A DNA stretch of 64,000 nucleotides. It comes from Candidatus Eiseniibacteriota bacterium. Lineage in GTDB: Bacteria; Eisenbacteria; RBG-16-71-46. The notes below the pieces were generated by a model. It searched no databases. It was not told the DNA's origin and was given only the letters and a program-made list of their open reading frames with translations. The position numbers and the translations under genes were made by a program. Of the stretch, positions 51,062 through 59,396 are shown one piece after another. The stretch covers positions 64,001-128,000 of the forward strand of contig JBGAML010000004.1 in assembly GCA_044223005.1 (NCBI GenBank), written 5' to 3'. Each line of letters starts with the position of its first letter. Positions within the stretch are counted from its first letter, which is position 1.

Positions 51062-52768
51062 ATGGCCCACCACGCCGACAGCCACGCCCACGCCGACGCG
51101 CACGGCGCGCATCACGACGAGGGCTGGTTCAAGAAGTACTTCTGGTCGACGGACCACAAGATCATCGCCATGCAGTACCTGTTCACCGGCATGTTCATGG
51201 CGACCATCGGTGCGTTCATGGCCTACGCGTTCCGCATGCAGCTCGCCTTCCCCGGGCAGTCCGTCCCGGGCTTCGGCGTCGTCTCGCCGGGCGAGTACAA
51301 CATGCTGGTCACGAACCACGGCAGCATCATGATCTTCTGGGTCGCGATGCCCGTGCTGATCGCGGCGTTCGGCAACTTCCTGATTCCGCTCATGATCGGC
51401 GCGGACGACATGGTGTTCCCGCGCCTGAACCGGCTCAGCTACCAGATGTTCTTCGTCAGCGTGCTGATCCTGTTCGCGTCGCTGGTCGTGCAGAACGGCG
51501 GCTTCGGCGGCGCGTGGACGGCCTACCCGCCGCTGTCCGCGAACAAGCTCTACAACCTGACGCCCCTGGGTTCGTCGCTCTGGCTGCTCGCCGTGGCGCT
51601 GGAGTTCGTGGCGTTCCTGCTCGGCGGCATCAACTTCATCGTCACCGCGATGAACTCCCGCGCGCCCGGCATGAAGGCGTTCGACGTCCCGATCGTGGTC
51701 TGGACCATCGTGATCGCCAGCATCATGTTCATGGCGTCGGTCGGTCCGCTCATCGCCGGCGCGGTGATGCTGCTGTTCGACCAGATGATCGGCACCAGCT
51801 TCTTCAACCCGAACCGCGGCGGCGACCCGATCCTCTGGCAGCACCTGTTCTGGTTCTTCGGGCACCCCGAGGTCTACGTCGTGCTGCTGCCGGCGATGGG
51901 CATCGTCGCCGAGGTGATGGCCGTCTTCGCGCGCAAGAAGCTGTTCGCCTACAAGACGATCATCTACACGGTCATCGCCACGTGCGTGCTCAGCTTCTTC
52001 GTGTGGGCGCACCACCAGTTCGTGGCCGGCATCGACCCGCGCATGGCGAACATCTTCACCGTGACGACGGTGCTGATCTCGATCCCGATCGCCGAGATGT
52101 GCTTCGTGTACATCGCCACGCTCTACGGCGGCTCGATCCGGTTCACGACGCCGATGCTCTGGGCGCTCGCGTTCATGGCCGAGTTCCTGATCGGTGGCGT
52201 GACCGGCATCTACCTGGGCGCGAGCGGTCTGGACATCTACTTCCACGACACCTATTTCGTGATCGCGCACTTCCACTACACGTTCTTCCCGATCGCGATC
52301 ATCGCCGTGATGTCGGGCCTGACGTTCTGGTACCCCAAGATGTTCGGCCGGCACCTGAACGAGTTCTGGGGCAAGGTGCACTTCTGGGGCACCGTGATCC
52401 CGTTCAACGGCATCTTCATCCCGCTCTTCATCCTGGGCGCGGCGGGCGAGCACCGGCGCATCTTCGACTACCACAACTTCCCGCACCTCGCGACGCCCGA
52501 GCTGCAGGCGCTGCGCATCTTCGCGACGGTCTCGCTGATCGTGATGCTCGCGTTCCAGCCCGTCTTCATCGTGAACTTCATCGCGAGCATGTTCCGCGGC
52601 CGCAAGTCGGACGCGAATCCGTGGAAGGCGAACACGCTCGAGTGGAGCGCCGATTCGCCGCCGCCGCACGGCAACTGGCCCGTGCTGCCCGAATGCCACC
52701 GTGGCCCCTACGAGTACAGCGTTCCGGGGCGCGAGCTCGACTACTGGCCCCAGAACGAGAAGGCCTGA
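51062..52768 (+). CDS. coxA: Cytochrome c oxidase subunit I (A1 type)
   Basis: STDHK, NHG, WTAYPPL, FWFFGHPEVY, WAHH, HDTYFVIAHFHY; alternative start at 51047. Confidence 0.96.
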   Translation: MAHHADSHAHADAHGAHHDEGWFKKYFWSTDHKIIAMQYLFTGMFMATIGAFMAYAFRMQLAFPGQSVPGFGVVSPGEYNMLVTNHGSIMIFWVAMPVLIAAFGNFLIPLMIGADDMVFPRLNRLSYQMFFVSVLILFASLVVQNGGFGGAWTAYPPLSANKLYNLTPLGSSLWLLAVALEFVAFLLGGINFIVTAMNSRAPGMKAFDVPIVVWTIVIASIMFMASVGPLIAGAVMLLFDQMIGTSFFNPNRGGDPILWQHLFWFFGHPEVYVVLLPAMGIVAEVMAVFARKKLFAYKTIIYTVIATCVLSFFVWAHHQFVAGIDPRMANIFTVTTVLISIPIAEMCFVYIATLYGGSIRFTTPMLWALAFMAEFLIGGVTGIYLGASGLDIYFHDTYFVIAHFHYTFFPIAIIAVMSGLTFWYPKMFGRHLNEFWGKVHFWGTVIPFNGIFIPLFILGAAGEHRRIFDYHNFPHLATPELQALRIFATVSLIVMLAFQPVFIVNFIASMFRGRKSDANPWKANTLEWSADSPPPHGNWPVLPECHRGPYEYSVPGRELDYWPQNEKA

Positions 52769-52779
52769 GGAGACCACCC

Positions 52780-53349
52780 GTGAGACCGATCGCGACGACC
52801 CGCAGCGCCATGGGCATCCCCACGGGCCGACTGGCCGTGTGGTGGGTCCTGGTATCCGAAATCGTCATCTTCGGCGGCCTCCTGGCGGCCTACGTGATGA
52901 ACCGCGTGTCGCACCTGGAATGGGGCACGCAGGCCGCGCACACGAACACGTGGGCGGGCGCGTTCAACACGCTCGTGCTGCTGACCTCGAGCCTCTCGGC
53001 CGTGCTCGCGCACCAGGCGGCCGAACGCGGCGACGGGCCGAAGGCCGCGCGCTTCCTCTACTTCACGTGCCTGGGCGGCTGCCTGTTCCTGGTCGTGAAG
53101 GCATTCGAGTGGTCGCACGAGATCATGGAAGGCTTCACGATCCAGTCGGGCGGTTTCTGGTCGTACTACTACACGGCCGCGGGCCTGCACGCGTTCCACG
53201 TGATCGCCGGCATGGGCGTCATGCTCTGGGTCGCCTCGAGCGCGAAGCGCAACGAGGACCTGCACCGCGTCGAGAACGTCGGGATCTACTGGCACTTCGT
53301 CGACATCGTCTGGATCTTCCTGTTCCCGCTGCTGTACATCGCCAAGTAG
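52780..53349 (+). CDS. Cytochrome c oxidase subunit III (short form)
   Basis: SEIVIFGG, NTLVLLTSS, GLHAFHV, YWHFVDIVW. Confidence 0.9.
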   Translation: MRPIATTRSAMGIPTGRLAVWWVLVSEIVIFGGLLAAYVMNRVSHLEWGTQAAHTNTWAGAFNTLVLLTSSLSAVLAHQAAERGDGPKAARFLYFTCLGGCLFLVVKAFEWSHEIMEGFTIQSGGFWSYYYTAAGLHAFHVIAGMGVMLWVASSAKRNEDLHRVENVGIYWHFVDIVWIFLFPLLYIAK

Positions 53350-53362
53350 GCCGGAGGCTCGC

Positions 53363-53740
53363 ATGTCCGCTCATGCCGATACGCACCATCACGTGAACTA
53401 CGTGAAGATCTGGGGGATCCTCGTGGTCCTCCTGGTCGTCAGCGTCGTCGGTCCCATGCTCGGGATCCGGCTCGTGACGCTGTTCGCGGCCTTCGGGATC
53501 GCGCTCATCAAGGCCTACATGGTCGCGAAGAACTTCATGCACCTGGACGTGGAGAAGAAGTTCGTCCACTGGTCGCTGGCGCTCGCGCTGGTGTTCATGG
53601 TGCTGCTGTACGCGGGCGTCTCGCCCGACGTCGGTCGCGACTCGGGGCAGCGCTGGGTGAAGGGCGCGGGCTGGCACCACCTGCCGCCCTCGCACGAGAA
53701 GGCCGAAGCGGGAGGGGAGTCGGGTGAGGCTGGCCACTGA
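53363..53740 (+). CDS. Cytochrome c oxidase subunit IV family protein
   Basis: YVKIWGILVVL, IKAYMVAKNFMHL. Confidence 0.88.
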   Translation: MSAHADTHHHVNYVKIWGILVVLLVVSVVGPMLGIRLVTLFAAFGIALIKAYMVAKNFMHLDVEKKFVHWSLALALVFMVLLYAGVSPDVGRDSGQRWVKGAGWHHLPPSHEKAEAGGESGEAGH

Positions 53741-54311
53741 GCCGGCCGCGGCGGCGCCGCGGCGGCGATTCGGCGAGAACGGCGCGCTGGGCATGGCGCT
53801 GTTCGTGTTCACCGAGGTGATGCTGTTCGCCGGGTTCATCTCGGCGTTCGCCATCGTGAAGAGCTCGGTCGCGCCCGGCCTCTGGCCGCCGCCCGACCAG
53901 CCGCGGCTGCCGGTCGAGCGCACGCTGGTCAACACCGCCGCGCTGCTCGCGAGCGGCATCGCGCTCTGGCTCGCGGGCCGCGCCCGCACGCGCGGCGACG
54001 CCGCCGGCGCCTCGCGCGGCATGGGGCTCGCGCTGCTGCTGGGCACCACGTTCGTCGCGCTGCAGGGCGCCGAATGGGCGGGCCTGCTGCGCCAGGGGCT
54101 CACGCTCACCTCGAGCCAGCTCGGATCGTTCTTCTACGTGATCATCGGCGCGCACGCGCTGCACGCCGTGGGCGCCATCATCGGGCTCGCGATCGCGTGG
54201 CGGCTGCAGGTCGCCGGCCGGCTCGCGCCGGGGCGGTTCGCCGCCGTGTCGATGTTCTGGTACTTCGTCGTGCTCGTGTGGCCGTTCCTCTACTGGAAGG
54301 TCTACCGGTGA
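53724..54311 (+). CDS. Second cytochrome c oxidase subunit III-like protein
   Basis: GMALFVFTEVMLF, NTAALLAS, GAHALHA, FWYFVV. Confidence 0.85.
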   Translation: MRLATEPAAAAPRRRFGENGALGMALFVFTEVMLFAGFISAFAIVKSSVAPGLWPPPDQPRLPVERTLVNTAALLASGIALWLAGRARTRGDAAGASRGMGLALLLGTTFVALQGAEWAGLLRQGLTLTSSQLGSFFYVIIGAHALHAVGAIIGLAIAWRLQVAGRLAPGRFAAVSMFWYFVVLVWPFLYWKVYR

Positions 54312-54586
54312 ACGCGCGAATCCGCATGGGGCGCGCGGCGTTCGGCGCGCTCGCGCTGGCCGCGCTGCCGCATGTCGCGCTGGCGTGCGCCGTGTGCACC
54401 ACGGCGAGCAACGAGCGGACGCGGAAGGCGTTCTTCGACACGACGATCTTCCTCTCGCTGCTGCCGCTCGGACTCGCCGCGGTGTGCCTCGTGTGGCTCG
54501 CCCGCAAGGGACGCGACGTGCTGAGGAGCGAGTTCGAGGAGCGCGAGGACGCGGTGGTGCCCGCGCCGGAGACGCCGCGGAGCTGA
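54308..54586 (+). CDS. Small membrane protein with a CxxC motif at the end of the oxidase operon
   Basis: GTGA overlap; signal-like segment, ACAVC, one TM helix. Confidence 0.65.
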   Translation: MNARIRMGRAAFGALALAALPHVALACAVCTTASNERTRKAFFDTTIFLSLLPLGLAAVCLVWLARKGRDVLRSEFEEREDAVVPAPETPRS

Positions 54587-54814
54587 TCCGCTTCCGCGAT
54601 TCGCGAGTCGCGTCGCGGTTCTCGTCACGCGCGCGATCGCACGCGGAATCGCGACGCAGATCGCGCCACGCACGCTGAGCTCGTGCGCGATCCACTCAAG
54701 GGTCCGCTTCGCGTGCCGACACTGGAGCCATCGTTCCGCGCGACCCCTCGGTGGGGCCCCCGACGCGCGGAGGTCTCGTGCCCGGCGTTCCATCGCCGGG
54801 GTTCCGGCGGTCAC

Positions 54815-55135
54815 ATGGCGACGCGCAGGACCAACTGTTGGGAGTTCCATCGCTGCGGACTCGAACCCGGCGGGGCGAACGCGGAGAAACACGGCGTCTG
54901 CCCCGCGGCCATCGCCGGACCCCATGACGGCACCAACGGCGGCTTCGCCCGCGGACGCTGCTGCTGGCTGGTGCCGGGCACGCTGTGCCCGAGGCTGGAG
55001 CGCGTCACGAACCGCCTCGCCTCGCGCCTGCGCCACTGCCTGGGGTGCGAGTTCCTGCAGGCCGTCGACGGCGAGGAGGGCCGCGCGTTCGTGCTGCTGC
55101 CCCCCGTCGGCGCGGAGCTCGACCGGACGGGGTAG
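54815..55135 (+). CDS. Cys-rich two-CW domain protein
   Basis: NCWEFHRCG...CP...GRCCWLVPGTLC...CLGCEF. Confidence 0.75.
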   Translation: MATRRTNCWEFHRCGLEPGGANAEKHGVCPAAIAGPHDGTNGGFARGRCCWLVPGTLCPRLERVTNRLASRLRHCLGCEFLQAVDGEEGRAFVLLPPVGAELDRTG

Positions 55136-55192
55136 GGGCGGCGCTCCGAGCGGCCGGGAGGCGGCCGGGCAACGATCCCCGGGCCCAAACGA

Positions 55193-55220
55193 AAGAGCCC
55201 CGGCTTTCGCCGAGGCTCTT
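55193..55220 (-). terminator. Intrinsic terminator downstream of the tRNA 3' end
   Basis: Minus strand AAGAGCCTCGGC-GAAA-GCCGGGGCTCTT followed by TCGTTT. Confidence 0.7.
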
Positions 55221-55228
55221 CGGAAGAT

Positions 55229-55283
55229 TGGTAGCGGGGGCTGGATTTGAACCAGCGACCTTCGGGTTATGAGCCCGAAGAGC
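55229..55283 (-). other. 3' fragment of tRNA-fMet(CAT), interpreted as the prophage attachment site
   Basis: Minus strand TCGGGCTCATAACCCGAAGGTCGCTGGTTCAAATCCAGCCCCCGCTACCA has the initiator anticodon stem (GGG/CCC), T-arm and CCA, but no D-arm or 5' acceptor strand. It lies about 50 bp from the integrase stop. Confidence 0.88.
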
Positions 55284-55334
55284 CCATCGCTCGATCGGAG
55301 AGCAGAATGCGGCCTGTCTGCTGTGCAGGCTGAG

Positions 55335-56192
55335 CTAGTTGGCGCCGTCTGCGTCTGGCATCTGCCAGGCGCTCGCGGCCCCTGTGATCCGCGTGGCTTC
55401 ACGACGCACTGCCTCGTCGCTGAGCCGCGCGTAGTGCTGTGTGGTCACGACCGAAGCGTGACCGAGAATCTGCTGCAGCGCGGGCAAGCTACCTCCGCGC
55501 TCGATCCATTTGCAAGCGAAAGTGTGGCGCAGCTGGTGGACGTGGAAGCGGCGGACCCCACTGTGCGAACGAACGACTCGCGCGAAGGTGCTGGGACCCG
55601 CGATCGAAAACCGGACGAGCCGCCCGGAGCGCGCGAGGATCTCGCGGCGCAGTCCATCGGGGATCGGTACGCGGCGGAAGCGCCCCGCTTTCGTGTGTGG
55701 AACCAACAACATGCGTCCGTCGAGATGCGCCGAGTCCGACCGGCAGAGCTCGCCCCAGCGTAGGCCCGTCGACACGCCGAACCGGAGCACGAACGCGTGC
55801 GGTTCGCCGATGCTGAGGACGGCGTCGAGATCCTCATCGGAGAGACGATCCGGGGGCAATTCCTCGATGCGAGGCATGATCCGTAGGGGGAATGGCGAGC
55901 GCTCGAGGATCTCTGATTCGACCGCCCAGTTGAGCAGGCAGCGCAGATCGGTGAGCAAATGCCGCACGGTTCTGGGCGAGAGCCCGCGCGATTCGAGCCA
56001 GAGCCGGTGCGAGCGGAGATCATCGGGACGCAGCTCGCGGAGGACATGGGGACCGAGCGACGGGTCGACGTAATCGCGCACGCGTTGCGCGGCCATGGCG
56101 ACGTTCTTGCCGGTGCGAGTGGTCCGAACGTAGAGAGCAAGCCAGCGGGATGCGACTTCGGAGACGGTAGGAGAGTCCGGGAGAGAGACCAC
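55335..56192 (-). CDS. Tyrosine recombinase/phage integrase
   Basis: STGLRWGEL (R), TKAG (K), HQLRHTFA (HxxR), LGH and TTQHY (Y); SAM-like core-binding region. Confidence 0.93.
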   Translation of the reverse strand: MVSLPDSPTVSEVASRWLALYVRTTRTGKNVAMAAQRVRDYVDPSLGPHVLRELRPDDLRSHRLWLESRGLSPRTVRHLLTDLRCLLNWAVESEILERSPFPLRIMPRIEELPPDRLSDEDLDAVLSIGEPHAFVLRFGVSTGLRWGELCRSDSAHLDGRMLLVPHTKAGRFRRVPIPDGLRREILARSGRLVRFSIAGPSTFARVVRSHSGVRRFHVHQLRHTFACKWIERGGSLPALQQILGHASVVTTQHYARLSDEAVRREATRITGAASAWQMPDADGAN

Positions 56193-56259
56193 ATGGGTTC
56201 GCGTCCGTGCCCTTTCCGGGGGACTCTGCCTCGGCCGTCACGGGTGGCCGACGTGCAGT

Positions 56260-56288
56260 AGCCTAGTGCCGCGCGTGGAGAGGTGCAA
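56260..56288 (-). promoter_or_regulatory. Candidate sigma70 promoter for the integrase
   Basis: Minus strand TTGCAC-17 bp-TAGGCT. Confidence 0.5.
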
Positions 56289-56333
56289 GGGTAAAAGCAC
56301 CCTCGTTCTCCGGGCGGCCTGGCGGAACTCCCC

Positions 56334-56609
56334 CTAGGCGAAGGCGCCGGTTCCCGTCCGGCGCTGGCGCTGGGTGCGCGCATAGGCCCGACGCACAACC
56401 TCGACGGGCTTGCCGATCGCCTCCGCGTAGAGCTCGAAGAACCGCTCGGGAGGATGCTCGAACTGTGCACGCTCGAAGTTGAGAATGGTCTGCATCGCGC
56501 GGGGATAGCGGCGCCGGCGGAAAAAGGCGGCGACGCTCTCGGCAGTGAGGGAGCCGGGGGCAGCCTTGCGGAGCTGCGTCAGCAGCGTCCGAGGGGTGGG
56601 ACGGCGCAT
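56334..56609 (-). CDS. Small XRE-like HTH protein
   Basis: LTQLRKAA...LTAESVAAF...QTILNFERAQ...ELYAEAIG pattern. Confidence 0.55.
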   Translation of the reverse strand: MRRPTPRTLLTQLRKAAPGSLTAESVAAFFRRRRYPRAMQTILNFERAQFEHPPERFFELYAEAIGKPVEVVRRAYARTQRQRRTGTGAFA

Positions 56610-56653
56610 GGGCGCGGGTATACGCCGTGCGAGCGGATCCGGCAAGGGTAAAC

Positions 56654-56917
56654 TCACCCGTTCGTCTCCGTCCGCCTTGCGGCGAGAAGCGCCCGGTGCC
56701 GGAGCACGTCCGCGACCTGAACGTGTCCGCGGCTCAGGCTGACGATCGCGATCGCCGAATCGGCCCGGGGGACGTGCCGGCCGCCGACCCAGTTGTAGAT
56801 CGCCGTTTCCGTGACCGGCTGCCCGGCTTGATGAAGCCCCTGCGCCAGGCGGTGGACTCCGTACTCGCGCACCCATGAGCCGAAACGGGTCCGCCAGCGG
56901 CGCGGCTCGCGCTTCAT
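56654..56917 (-). CDS. Small Cro-like HTH protein
   Basis: GVHRLAQGL...VTETAIYNWVGGRHVPRADSAIAI...VQVADV pattern. Confidence 0.65.
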   Translation of the reverse strand: MKREPRRWRTRFGSWVREYGVHRLAQGLHQAGQPVTETAIYNWVGGRHVPRADSAIAIVSLSRGHVQVADVLRHRALLAARRTETNG

Positions 56918-56999
56918 GTCTGTCCGACTCCGGGCATCCGTGCCCACCTTGCGGAGGGCGCGAACGGATGCCGCGCGAGCCGCAGCCGCCTCAATACGC

Positions 57000-57527
57000 C
57001 TAGGCGTCATCCTCGTCAAGCACTCGCGACACGCGAATCTCGGCGAGAGGCTTGTGGTTCGGATCGAAGGGAGACCCTTCGTAGCGGCCCGTGGCCTTGA
57101 GAAACTCGATGATCTCCTGCCGCCGCTCTTCGGTCATCTCCTGACGTCGATTACCGACGGCCTCGCGCTTGCCGCATCGATCGCACCCGGTGAGGTACAC
57201 CTCGTCCCCCGCGGCAACTTCGATCTCGGCGGACCCCTCCCAGTCAATCTGCCCATGGATCAGCCCGCCGCACCCGCAGCGCTGCGGATACGGGTTCCCA
57301 CAGGCGGGACAGCCGGAGTCGCCAACGAAGTGGTCTTCGTCCGCGATCTCCACGCGCTCCCCGCTGATCTGGGCGACGGGCTCGACTCGGTACTGACCGT
57401 CGACCTTCACGACACCCCAGGGTCCATCCTCCTGGCAGTTCGGGCAGATCATGCTGCCTGTGATTTCCGGCTTCCCGACCGAGGATCCACAGCGAGTGCA
57501 GGTGCGTTTCGGCGTGAGCAGGCTCAT
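57000..57527 (-). CDS. Cys-rich multi-Zn-ribbon phage protein
   Basis: GGAAGGGG RBS; CTRC, CPNC, CPAC, CGC, CDRC. Confidence 0.65.
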   Translation of the reverse strand: MSLLTPKRTCTRCGSSVGKPEITGSMICPNCQEDGPWGVVKVDGQYRVEPVAQISGERVEIADEDHFVGDSGCPACGNPYPQRCGCGGLIHGQIDWEGSAEIEVAAGDEVYLTGCDRCGKREAVGNRRQEMTEERRQEIIEFLKATGRYEGSPFDPNHKPLAEIRVSRVLDEDDA

Positions 57528-57544
57528 CGAGATCCCCTTCCCTG

Positions 57545-58225
57545 TCAGCGGCGCGGCCGGTCATCCGCGCGCACGTTGGAATTGTCAGCGTCTTCCGGGT
57601 AGACGATGAATCGGCGTGGATCGATCGGCGAGGCGAGATGCGAGGTCTTTCGGTTGGTGCGCCCGACCGCGAAACCCTTGATCTTGGCGTCGGGATAGGC
57701 TGCGCGGAGCGCAACGGCACATCCCATCATGGTCGCGCCCTTGGTGAGCACGTCGTCGACAATGAGCAGAGACGGCGCCTCGCCCACCAGCCGAGTACTC
57801 GCCTCGATCGTCTCGGCGTGGAGCCGAGCCGAAGGGCGGTTGGCCGCTCGGGCGACGCCGGCAGAGGAGGGGACGGGGCGCGTCCTTCGCAGGAGCGGCT
57901 CCCAGCGAATCGCGACGTGTTCGGCGTGCAGGGCGCGACAGAGCTCCGCGGTGGCCCAGAACTGGCCGGGCTTGAGCAGTGAGCTTTTCGGCGCGGGAAC
58001 CAGGACCGTCCCGAGGCTGAACGCTTCCTCGAGCACCGAATGGAACGCGGTCTCACGGATGCGGCGCGCGACGGACTCGATCATGGACTCGGACTTCGAG
58101 AACCCGCTACCTCCGCGCTTCAGCTGGCGAATGCAGTTGTACCCCCGCTTCTCGACGTCGGTCCTCGGGTCGGGCGGATAGGCGATGAAGGTCCAGACCC
58201 GGAATTCAAAAAGCGGAGCCGGCAT
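57545..58225 (-). CDS. Phosphoribosyltransferase-domain protein (ShosT/ComF-like)
   Basis: LVPAPKSS, LLRRTRPVPSSA, PRPP-binding loop LLIVDDVLTKGAT; overlaps the dprA-like stop; start 58225 or 58243. Confidence 0.85.
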   Translation of the reverse strand: MPAPLFEFRVWTFIAYPPDPRTDVEKRGYNCIRQLKRGGSGFSKSESMIESVARRIRETAFHSVLEEAFSLGTVLVPAPKSSLLKPGQFWATAELCRALHAEHVAIRWEPLLRRTRPVPSSAGVARAANRPSARLHAETIEASTRLVGEAPSLLIVDDVLTKGATMMGCAVALRAAYPDAKIKGFAVGRTNRKTSHLASPIDPRRFIVYPEDADNSNVRADDRPRR

Positions 58226-58898
58226 GCAACGTGTCGCCAGCATCGGGCAGGACGTCGAGCACCAGCTCGGGATGGTCCAGCGACATCGCGCCGTAGTCGA
58301 GCATCTTCCTCGGCCACTGGAGGTCAGGGTTGTCGACCACGGATCGCATGATGAACAGCGACCGGCCGAGACGCAGCGCCTCCCATCCCTGAGAGAGCGT
58401 TCCGCTCGTCTCGCCAGCCTCCACGATCACGGTGGCGTGGCTCAAGAGCGCCATCACGCGGTTGCGTGCAGGGAACGCCCAGCGCCCAATGGCCTGTCCG
58501 GTGGCGAACTGGGAGACGGCCAGGTGGTCCCGCGCGATCTGGCGTTGCAGCTCAGCGTGTTCCGCGGGGTAGACGCGATCGAGCGGCGTTCCCAGAACGG
58601 CGATCGTGTTTCCGTCGGCAGCGATCGCGGCCCGATGTGCCGCGGCGTCGATCCCAAGCGCGAGTCCACTGACGACCACCACGTCATGCCGCGCGAGGAT
58701 CGTGCTCAGGCGCGCGGCGCGCCGAAGGGCCTCGGGCGAGGCATTGCGGGACCCGACGATCGAAACCCTGGGAAGCGCGAGGAGCTGAGCGTTGCCCTGG
58801 AAGTAGAGCGTCGCCGGCGCGTTCTTCCGCTCGGTCTCGTTCAGGTACCCGAGGAGGTCCTCGGGCGTCGCGCTCTCGATGCGAGGTTCGGTGGTCAC
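58206..58898 (-). CDS. DprA/SMF (SLOG) Rossmann-fold protein lacking SAM and winged-helix domains (ShosA-like)
   Basis: GGAGG RBS before GTG; VSIVGSRNAS, VVSGLALGIDAAAH, TIAVLGT, FPARNRVMA, VEAGETSGT. Confidence 0.9.
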   Translation of the reverse strand: MTTEPRIESATPEDLLGYLNETERKNAPATLYFQGNAQLLALPRVSIVGSRNASPEALRRAARLSTILARHDVVVVSGLALGIDAAAHRAAIAADGNTIAVLGTPLDRVYPAEHAELQRQIARDHLAVSQFATGQAIGRWAFPARNRVMALLSHATVIVEAGETSGTLSQGWEALRLGRSLFIMRSVVDNPDLQWPRKMLDYGAMSLDHPELVLDVLPDAGDTLHAGSAF

Positions 58899-59066
58899 GG
58901 CACTGCCTCCGTGTGGCTCCCCGCAGCGACCGCGACTGCCAGCGGTGCCCATCGGCGCGGAGAGAGCGTTCCGTCGCATGCCGGGCATGTCCATGCCCGG
59001 CTCCGAAACCCATACTAGCGGCTCCCGCGCACGAGCGGAAGCCGCACGTATCGGGTACGTCAGGGC

Positions 59067-59396
59067 CTACGGAACCGCCCGCCTCGACCGCTGCAGCTGG
59101 GTGACCGCCGCCTCGCGCTGGCGCACATCCGCACGCTCGGCGACGGCGACTACGACCAGCTCCATGATCGCGGCCATGCGATCGAGCCGCTGGTCGGTCC
59201 GCGTGCGCTGCAGGGACTCGAGGGAATCTCCCACCGCGCGCGCCTGGCTCTCCTGCCGGAGCGTGGCCCGAACGTCCGCGGTCGCGGCCGCGAGCAGGAT
59301 GCGCGAGAGCACCAGGACGGACACCGCGGCGCCGGCGATGACGCCGGCGCGACGGGCGAAGCGGACGAAATCCGGATCGTGCGGTCGCGTGCTCAC
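59067..59396 (-). CDS. Phage membrane protein with a coiled coil (lysis-module accessory)
   Basis: One N-terminal TM helix plus a helical C-terminus; overlaps the holin-like stop. Confidence 0.55.
   Translation of the reverse strand: MSTRPHDPDFVRFARRAGVIAGAAVSVLVLSRILLAAATADVRATLRQESQARAVGDSLESLQRTRTDQRLDRMAAIMELVVVAVAERADVRQREAAVTQLQRSRRAVP

Noticed and set aside
54587..54700. Cluster of TCGCG/CGCGA short palindromes after the oxidase operon
   Set aside because: Low-complexity GC palindromes with no consistent period or motif.
55229..55305. Intact tRNA-Met gene
   Set aside because: Similarity stops just 5' of the anticodon stem; the D-arm and 5' acceptor strand are absent, so it is treated as an att fragment.
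57545..58898. Competence dprA-comF locus
   Set aside because: DprA lacks SAM and winged-helix domains, the PRTase lacks the ComF Zn finger, and both lie inside a prophage.
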